Positions 45,965 to 64,000 of a stretch of 64,000 nucleotides of DNA are shown here, piece by piece. This DNA is from Lingula anatina. Lineage: Eukaryota; Animalia; Brachiopoda. Under the pieces are notes generated by a model. That model ran no database searches. It had not been told where the DNA came from and saw nothing but the letters and a program-made list of their open reading frames with translations. Made by a program: the position numbers and the translations under genes. Location of the stretch: contig CM120645.1 of the NCBI GenBank assembly GCA_051362555.1, positions 24,146,934 to 24,210,933 of the forward strand. The letters run 5' to 3'. Positions within the stretch are counted from its first letter, which is position 1. Each line of letters opens with the position of its first letter.

Positions 45965-48783
45965 GAACATTAAATTAGAAAGGAACTGTTGCGTCTATTT
46001 GTAATATATAGGCCACCGTACTCAGCAAAACACAAGTATACAATTCCTTATTTCACTGATGAATTTTCTGTACTTTTGGAGACAGCTATTGTTTCATCTG
46101 GTCACTTAGTAATTGCAGGGGACTTCAACATCCATGTGGATGACAACGAATGTAGTGACGTGGAAAAATTCAATGATCTGTTATCCTCAGTGGGACTTGA
46201 ACAGCATGTTGAAAGTTTTACTCATTCGAAAGGTCATGTTTTAGATCTTGTTTTGACAAGGAAAAACTCATGTCTCAGTAACTTCTTCGTAGATCACACT
46301 TTGCCCTCTGATCATGCAGCAGTTCATTTCGTAGCCAATGCCAATCGCCCAGCGCCAACTAAAGTAGTCAAACAGAGCCGGCTACTTTCCAGAATTGACA
46401 GTGACATCTTAAACAGGGAACTTTCAAATGCTTTAAGTCAGATGGTCAGCATATCTGACATAAATTTACAAGTTACTCACTACAATAATTCGTTATCAAA
46501 GGCCATTGATAACCAGGCTCCACTACAGGAAAAGAGAGTGACAGTAAAGCCAAAGGCTACATGGATCACACCAGAGTTGTTAGAAGAGCGTAAGGAAATC
46601 CGTAAGCTGGAAAGAAAATGGCTTGGCACTAGACTTGAAATACATAAACAGATTTTCACAGAGGCCAGATCCAAGTATAATTTTCGTCTTAACACATGCA
46701 AAGCAGAATACCACCGAAATTGTATTGATTCTGCCGATCAGAAAGCCCTATTCAGAATTGTCGATAACATCTCTAACTCTTCATCCACCCAACTTAGAGT
46801 ACTGCCTGATTTAGAGAAAAACTTACTACCTCAAGTTTTTGCACAATTCTTTACTAAAAAGATACAGGACATAAGATGTACACTAGATAAACATGATCCA
46901 AAGCTCATAGAGTCACCAGTTTCTTCTCAAACAGTACTGACAAAATTCACCCAAGTGAGTATCGAACAAGTAGTTGCCATGATGAAAGCCATGCCAGCAA
47001 AATCCTGCTCACTGGACCCAATGCCAACATACTTAGTAAAGGATTGCATAGAAGCAGTATCTCCAGCACTCATGAAAATAACAAATACATCTTCTGAGTC
47101 TGGAATTTTTCCTGATCTCTGTAAAACTGCTGTTGTAAAGCCTCTCTTAAAGAAGAGCAGTCTTGAAAGAAACGAGCTGAAAAACTATAGACCAATTTCC
47201 AACTGCTCTTTCATTAGAAATTTCTGGAAAAAATGGCATTCTCGCAACTGAACAACTACTTAACAGCACATTCTCTGTATGGTAAATTCCAATCAGCCTA
47301 CAGAACGGGTCATAGTACTGAAACAGCCCTGCTAAAGGTTCAAAATGATATCATGCTCTCATTAAACAATCACTGTGATGTCATCTTGGTCCTCTTGGAT
47401 CTTTCTGCTGCTTTCGACACGATTGACCATGATATTTTACTACAACGTTTGCAGTGCAGGTTTGGCATTACAGGAATGGCGATTGATTGGTTGAGCTCTT
47501 ACTTAAAGGGAAGAACACAAAAAGTGGAAATTAATTCCCTTCTTTCTGCCCCTGAAACCCTGAAATATGGTGTTCCGCAGGGATCGGTGTTAGGCCCACT
47601 ACTTTTTTCACTCTATATGGTGCCTCTTGAGGAGATCATTTCTAAGCACAATCTTCAGACCACAATTTTTGCTGATGATACTCAGATTTATGTAACTTGT
47701 GATAGTCGGTGTGATTATTCTGTAGTGTCAGACATAGAGAAATGTATTGATGAGATCCGGGTGTGGATGCTTTCAAATAAGCTGGCTCTAAATGACACTA
47801 AAACGGAAATAATCTGGTTTTCATCTAAATTTAAAGATAGAAAGGACTGTGCTACTAACACTAATGTTCGCATTGGCAATGTGTCTGTGAAAGCATCTGC
47901 CAGTGCTAGAAATTTAGGTGTGTTTTTTGATTCAGCTGGGATCTTTGACAAGCATATAGACAATGTTTGTAAGTCAGCATCTTTTTCACTGTGGAGAATA
48001 GGGAAGATTCGGAATTTACTAAATATAGAAACAACTACAAAATTAGTTCATGCTTTTATTACATCAAAATTAGATTATTGCAACAGTATTCTTTTTGGGG
48101 TGAGTGACAGCAAATTGAAAAAAATCCAATTGATTCAAAATTCAGCGGCCAGATTAGTTAAAAAGATAAGGAACCAGAGCTTGGATCATATCACTCCAGT
48201 GTTAAAGGAATTGCATTGGCTGCCAATCAAACAAAGAATTTTATTCAAAGTGTTGTGCATAATTTTTAGAGCTTTTAAAGAAAACACACCTGGTTATATT
48301 GCACATCTTATTCAGTCATCTGAACCACGCAGGTTAACAAGAAACTCTTTTGAAAACAATTTTATACTCAATCACTGTGAAATAGACAGAAAATGCAACA
48401 AATTCTATGGAGACCGGGCTTTTACTGTTTATGCTCCAAAATTGTGGAACAAATTGCCTTTTAGTATCAGAGCTGAAAGTGACTATAATACTTTTAAAGC
48501 CTGTCTTAAAACTCATCTTTTTAAAGAATTTTATGGTTAGTGTTCCTTTAAACCTTTTAGTTGTTTATCATTTATTAAGAGTGAGCTTGGGTTAATTTTA
48601 GTAGTATTTTAAAGTTATATCAATAAATTTTCTCTGCTTTCTTTTATTAATTAATTTTATCAGTAAATGTTAAAGTATTTTAGTATTGTTATTTTTAGAC
48701 TTTTTAATTATTTGTAAAGTGCATTGAAATGTTAAAAAATGGAATGCGCTATATAAGAAATAAATATTAAAATATTATTATTA
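45965..48783 (+). mobile_element. 5'-truncated L2/CR1-group LINE, unit 2 only
   Basis: TTAAAG duplicated at 45959-45964 and 48784-48789 and single at the empty site (~12373). AATAAA plus (TTA)n tail. Confidence 0.93.
45989..48540 (+). pseudogene. LINE ORF2 (APE endonuclease + reverse transcriptase), one frameshift near 47218
   Basis: IYRPP, GDFNIH, LDLV and SDH (APE). NYRPISN, LLDLSAAFDTIDH, GVPQGSVLGPLLF and FADDTQIY (RT). HITPVLKELHWLP and FKACLKTHLF (L2-type C-terminus). Confidence 0.93.
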
Positions 48784-49769
48784 TTAAAGAGGACAATCAT
48801 ATAAGTATTTACTCACAGCAGCGGTAAGCTGTTTATCTGGCCTCATCTTGCTGCCACCAGGACTCTCTAAAGGCAAAGCATTCTTTCTGACAGGTTTCTC
48901 AGAGTTCAGTTTGAAATAACTATCCAGGCACAGGTTTTAGGTTGTCTGAATTGGCGCAGATTTGTTAAAGGACCAGTAGAACGGTTTTTCGATTAGTAAA
49001 TTAATTACTACCAACATGTTGTCTACAGGTTCAAAGCCACGTTAGCTGCCCAGTCCCATGGTTCTGAAAGTTAACTGCGAATACAAGTACGCTTTGTGGA
49101 AGGACGTCTCAATCTTGTAAAATAAAAAAATTTGTCTTCTGTCAACTGGGAGGCAGGCGGTTTTCAGAGTAAATTTACATTAGGTTCAGGTTTTCATGGA
49201 TTACTACCAATTGGGAATTCCGGCCCATACCGGGTATAGATGCTCCCACTGCCCCCAGTCCGTCTATGCGTTAAATAGGTGAGGTAGGTAATTTCGACTC
49301 CCTCCTAGATGATGGCTACATTATTTACTGTCTTACACTAGCAAATGAACAGACTTTATGGTAAAAGATGTCAGACGTTCGGTGTGACAAGTGTAAAAAT
49401 TCTGTCAGACTGAAACAAAATCCGTAAAACCAAAACAAAATTATAGAAATTATTTGATGTTTAAATAATTTCAGGTGTAATTATCACCGTTCTCAATCAT
49501 AGACAATCATTGTTCAACTGTGTTCCATTTATTTCATAATTTTGCAACATTTTTAGACACAAAAAGATATATTTTAATTAAAAGACTAAACATATGTTTT
49601 ACTTATGATATACACGGCTAGATTATCCATTAAGTGTCTTTACCATGTTCATTTTGTAAAAATTTGGTGCCGTATCGTTAAAAGTCTTTGCCTCCCTGGA
49701 AATGTGATGGTGCTTTGTAAGTTGACATCCCATGTAATCTTTCCTAACAAATACCTGTACAGGTATATA

Positions 49770-51141
49770 CAGACTTGACATTTAATATGGAATATTTTTT
49801 TCCACATAATTTTTCATCAGTTTTTTCCTATTTTGCTGACTGATAAATAAAAATAAGGATTAAAATAGTGTTTCAATATCTTTTAATTATCTCTTTGATT
49901 TCATTGTTGCATCAGTTCATTAATGGAATTCGCCAGAAAAGCAAACAAAAAAACACACTGCCTATTCTATGTCATACGACAACCATTAAAAGATATATTT
50001 TGGATCTCCATATTTTCCATATTATTATCTGTAAAAGAGTTACACGCCCCACAAAGGACCCTCATGTCAGTGTCTAGTCACAGTAACGGTCGCTGCTACA
50101 CCTGACCTCTTCTGGCTGCTACCAGCGCTCTCCAGCGGCAAGGCATTCCTTGGGATAGGATTTTAGAGTTCAATCTGGAAAAAATTCGAGAGATCGGTCA
50201 AAATATGTCCAATTTGGTCCAGTTTTGTTGTAGGACATGTAAGCCATTGATTCGGCGAGTAATGGCCTACCCACATATTGTCTATGTGGTTTAAATATGG
50301 CTGATGACCAAGGTATCTGCTCATTCCCTTGGTTCTGTAAGTAATCTGTAATCTGACTAGTTGAGCGGTACAGGTGAAATATGACCTCAATAAAGAAAGC
50401 CATGAGTTTTCAGTATTCAACCCAGAAAGGGTCAATGTCCCCAATTAATTACAGAAACATACAACGATGTTTTGCTGTTTACACTGGGTTCCTCGGAGGT
50501 CATCTGGTATTCTAACCTGCTTAAATCAGTTTGGTGTTCGCTAAGGGCCTTGAAAAATGCGTTTTGGTGGCAATTTACCCCTCATTCTTACTAGGTGGTT
50601 TTTGTGTAGCTGCCACAGCATATCCCGAAAGACAGTGGGTCCTGTACCCGGTGGTAAATATTCAATACATTGGGTGTGGCCTCTTTGTAGGTACATCAGT
50701 CTGGGCATTACTCTATAAATCTGTGCGAAGTGTTTCGTTTGACGCCATTATCTGTCTGGCAATGTCTCTTTTCCCCGCGCCATTCTGTCACAGATTAACA
50801 AAGCTGTAAAGCACTGCATAGCTCATTTTACACATTGCAAAACCGACCACTTGCATGCAAAATTTCAAATTCTTCCATGCAGTAGTTGCCGACATATGGA
50901 TACTTTCTTGACAGTACATGCTTTGCCAAAGCCAAGCTTTGAGCACTACCCAATTAAATCACTGCATATTACATATAGTGCAGCAGCGCAATAAACCTGG
51001 TATTCAGTTAATTGGCACCGACACACCTGACTGCACACTTCTACATATCTTATATGAGATCGAAGTTTTTTGAAAAAAGAACGCATTTTTACCTAGGCAT
51101 ACCTTCGAAACTGAAAAATTCCATTTTAAATGTCAAGTCTG
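49770..51141 (-). mobile_element. Tc1 element, unit-2 paralog with ~260-bp internal deletion
   Basis: Same TA-flanked TIRs. The segment equivalent to ~13945-14211 is missing near 50350. Confidence 0.88.
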
Positions 51142-53090
51142 TATATTTTTTGTACCGGTAGTGTGATTGAGGGCATCCGTGATAGAGCAGTTTTACTGTT
51201 TACTGTGACTGTGACATTTTGTTCTTGGTACTCGAGTTTAAGATATACCGGTTTCCTCTGTCGTTGTCTAAGCTGACAGTTTTCAGTCTGCAAATGATAT
51301 TTTTTAACACTTAATCAAACAATAAGGCTTTTGTGCATTAACTTTATAACAACATATGGCCCATATCGTGTCCAGTTCACTTGCCATTTAGTTCAGAAAT
51401 AAATGATATTTTTATTTAATCGATAACTCGTTGAACATGGATCCTGGGTGTATTTTCCTCTTCGTGTGTCTCTGTCTTGGTAATTTGAATCCCAGTAGTA
51501 CACAGTAATACCTTGATACAAGAAGTCATGAAAGTTCATAAATTCTTCGTAAGTAGCAAAAACTGTGTAAAGCTTAATAGATTTTGGTTCCTTTTTCCAT
51601 TACTTCGTGTAAAAGATTTTTTTTTATCTACTTGAACTTCTTTATTCCGGTCTCTGCGTAGGATCACAAGTCCTCTAGTAGTTCTGTACGGAGCGTTCCT
51701 TGCGACACAATAATCTGTCTGGGAATTTCTGTCTGTTTTCTGCCTTTCTAGCTCATAGAATCAATACTGTGACTCACTGGTTCGCTTTATTCCCACACCG
51801 TTAAACTAGCAACAGGTATAGAAAATTTCAAAGTCATCTGTGCAGACGTTAACGAAACGTGGAGATATGGCGACTTTTTAAACAGAACCATGGTCTGTCA
51901 TAGTCATACCAGGATTAGCCCAAACAGTAATACCTAATGGAATTATGGCATATTACGTAGTGTAGGAGTGCTGCAGACAAGGTGGTCAATTAATTATCAA
52001 TTAGATAATTTAGGAAAAAAATTAAGATATGCATCCGAAATAAGGTTAGCGTCACTTTGATGGTTTAATATTATTAAATGTGTGAACATTTTATAATTGT
52101 GTGTAATACCGTATCATATTATTACGTCCGCCAAGGAGGTTATGTTTTCACCCCTGTTTGCCTGTCTGTTTGTCATCAACATAACTCAAAAAGTTATGGA
52201 TGAATTTCGATGGAATTTTCAGGGTAGGTCAGAAATGGGTTAACTTAGCAGTGATAAGTTTTTGGTGGTGATCCGGATAAATAATCAATCAATAATCAAA
52301 AATATCGAAAATTTAGGGGTGAAACGGCATTGTATGGAGACTTTGCTGCGTTGGCGGAGGTCTGCGCTCTCTGAGTGCTTTTCTAGTTTATTACAAGTTC
52401 TCCTAATGAGCCGTGTGGCTGCAAAATTGCAGAAATTAAATTAAATTAAACACTGAAGGTGTGCCTGGATCACTAAGATTATTTTTTTATCCCATCTCTA
52501 CCAGTTGTCTGGAGGTGCGCCTTGAGGACAAGGTGGTGGTGGTAGAAGAATTTAATATTAACTTAATCAAAGAGATGCCTGGATTACTAAGATTTTATGT
52601 AAATCCCATGTGGCTTAATAATTGTGAAGTCAGTCTATTGGAGGGAGGAAAATAAATAAAATTGCAGTTTACCAGAGAATGAAAATCACAATGTCAATAA
52701 ATAGTTCATTCAAATTATCATAATTACAGACATATCGTCATGATGGGAGGGGTGTTTGGGGACGATTGTCCTGAAAGGCCGAATATGATGGTCAAGAGGA
52801 AGTTAATATCCTGCCACCATTTCAATGCAATCAAGCAGTAAACAAAAATGGACATGCCTTCGTGTTTGTGATTACCATATGTACCATGGACATCACGCGA
52901 ACCTGGCACAAATTCTTTGGGGTGCAATGGCCACTGAATGGCCAACTATTGACGAATCGAGACCCCCGTGAGCAGCCCTATTGCAATGAAAGTCCTTAAA
53001 CGCACTTTTATGACACCTTTGTTGTTACGTCAACTTTGTTGTCACTTCATTTATACAACGTGGCCGCCACCCAGCCATCCCGTTAGCTGC

Positions 53091-54345
53091 GTCTAAATTC
53101 TTATAACATTATTATTTCTTCTATCTGTTCCTAGACCATTAGAGTTAGGAAGCTGAAACTTTGGTGAATAGTTTACCCATCATCAGGGATATGCAAGGGC
53201 ACTTTGGAATTTTAGTGCCACAGGGGGTTGGGCTGTACCCTGGGGGGGGGGGGTTGATTCTAAATTCTTAAGACATTGTAATTTCTGCCATCTGCCCTAG
53301 ACCATCGGAGTTAGGAAGCTGAAACTTGAGTGATTTGTGTACCCATCATCAAGGAGGTGCATGGCCCCTTAAGAAGGGGGAGGGTTGATTCTAAATTCTT
53401 TTTACATTGTAATTTCTGCTATCTCCTCCTAGACCATTGCATGTAGGAAGTTGAGCTTTTGGGAATTGGTGGACCCATAATCAGGGATGTGCATAGGCAC
53501 TTTGGAATTTTAGTGTCACGGGGTATTGGGCTGTCCCCTGGGGATTGATTCTAAATTCTTATGACATTGTTATTTCTGCTATCTGTTCCTAGACCATTAG
53601 AGTTAGGAAGCTGAAACTTTGGTGTATAGTTTACCGATCATCAGGGATGTGTATGGGCACTTTGGAATTTTGGTGTCTCAGGGGATTGGGCTGTTCCCGC
53701 GGGGTGGTTGATTCTAAAATCTTATAACATTGTAATTTCCACTATCTTCTCTTAGACCATTACAGATAGGGAACTGAAACTTTTGGAATTGGTACCCATG
53801 ATCAGGGAAATGCATGGGCATTTTGGAATTTTAGTGCCACAGGGGGTTGGGCTGTCCCTGGGGGGTGATTCTAAATTTTTTCACATTGTAATTTCTGCTA
53901 TCACCTCCTAGACCATTGCAGTTGAAACTATGGAAATTAGTAGACCCGTCATCAGGGATGTGCATGGGCACTTTTCAATTTTAGTGCCACGGGGGTTGGG
54001 CATTGTCCTGGGAGGTGGTTGATTCTAAATTATTATGGCATTGTAATTTCTGCCATCTGGTCCGGACCATTGCTAGTAGGAAGTTGAAACTTTGGGAATT
54101 GGTAGACCCATCTTTAGGGATGTACATATACACTTTGGAATTTTAGTGCAACAGGGGTTTGGGCTTCACCCGGGGGTTGGTTGATTCTGAATTCTTTTCA
54201 CACGGTAATTTTTGCTATCTCCTAGACCATTGCTGGTAGGAAGCTGAAACTTTGGTGATTAGTTTACCCATTGTCAGGGATGTGCATGGGCACTTTGGAA
54301 TTTTAGAGTGGCTGGGGATTGAACTGTCCCTGGGCTTAAATTTAT
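53091..54345. repeat. ~160-bp tandem array, unit-2 paralog
   Basis: Near-identical to 16947-18200. Confidence 0.92.
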
Positions 54346-54604
54346 TTAAGTCTATTCCCAGAGTATTAGAGTGTGATTGGTGATTCTATTTTTCCTATTA
54401 TATGCTATGAAATACTTTGATTTACTGTACTAGTTAGGGGTAGATGTACTTTTCTGTTACCACTTTATCAGATTCTGATGTTTAGCAGATATTTTTAATA
54501 TCTCAACGTCCATATGGAGCCATTCTTAGATTTATAAGTTGTTTGTTCTGTTTCTATTTTACAGGAAGATTACAATCAGCCTATTAACCAGTTTGCTGTG
54601 AACC

Positions 54605-63791
<9,187 letters not shown>

Positions 63792-64000
63792 GTAAAATGG
63801 CAAACATACATGCTCATATATTTACACACAAACAAAGAGAGAGAGAGGGAGGGAGGAGGGGGGAGGGAGTCAAAGATATTTAAACAAGGCAGAACCACCA
63901 ATGTCCTTGTCACTGAAAGGTGACTGGAAATGTTTTAGCTACCAAGAACATGAGTTATTTTAAGACTAAAAACTGTTCAATATATTACACAATTGTGAGT

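Overview
AT-rich animal genomic DNA, probably from a marine invertebrate (inferred from spliceosomal introns and TE repertoire). The window is a tandem array of a ~24-kb core unit carrying one intron-rich + strand gene for a small secreted NIDO+VWD protein (alpha-tectorin N-terminus-like, 451 aa by my splice reconstruction). Three copies are visible: A (3' exons only, 148-2730), B (complete, 18460-36273) and C (54605 to beyond the window end). The two full repeat units are ~99% identical, so each gives the empty site for insertions in the other. Unit 1 only: a BEL/Pao LTR retrotransposon (18739-25448, AGTAC TSD) and a 2.6-kb TIR element sitting at AAA^TTT with no TSD and carrying a SWIM-finger transposase remnant (31657-34277). 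Unit 2 only: an L2-type LINE (45965-48783) and an unclassified 2.2-kb insertion built as 1.3 tandem copies of a 1.7-kb unit (54754-56977). Older shared TEs include RTEX-like, Tc1 and Helentron/HINE-like elements and a ~160-bp tandem array. No prokaryotic features, RNA genes or CRISPR arrays were seen. All comparisons were done by eye, not by alignment software.
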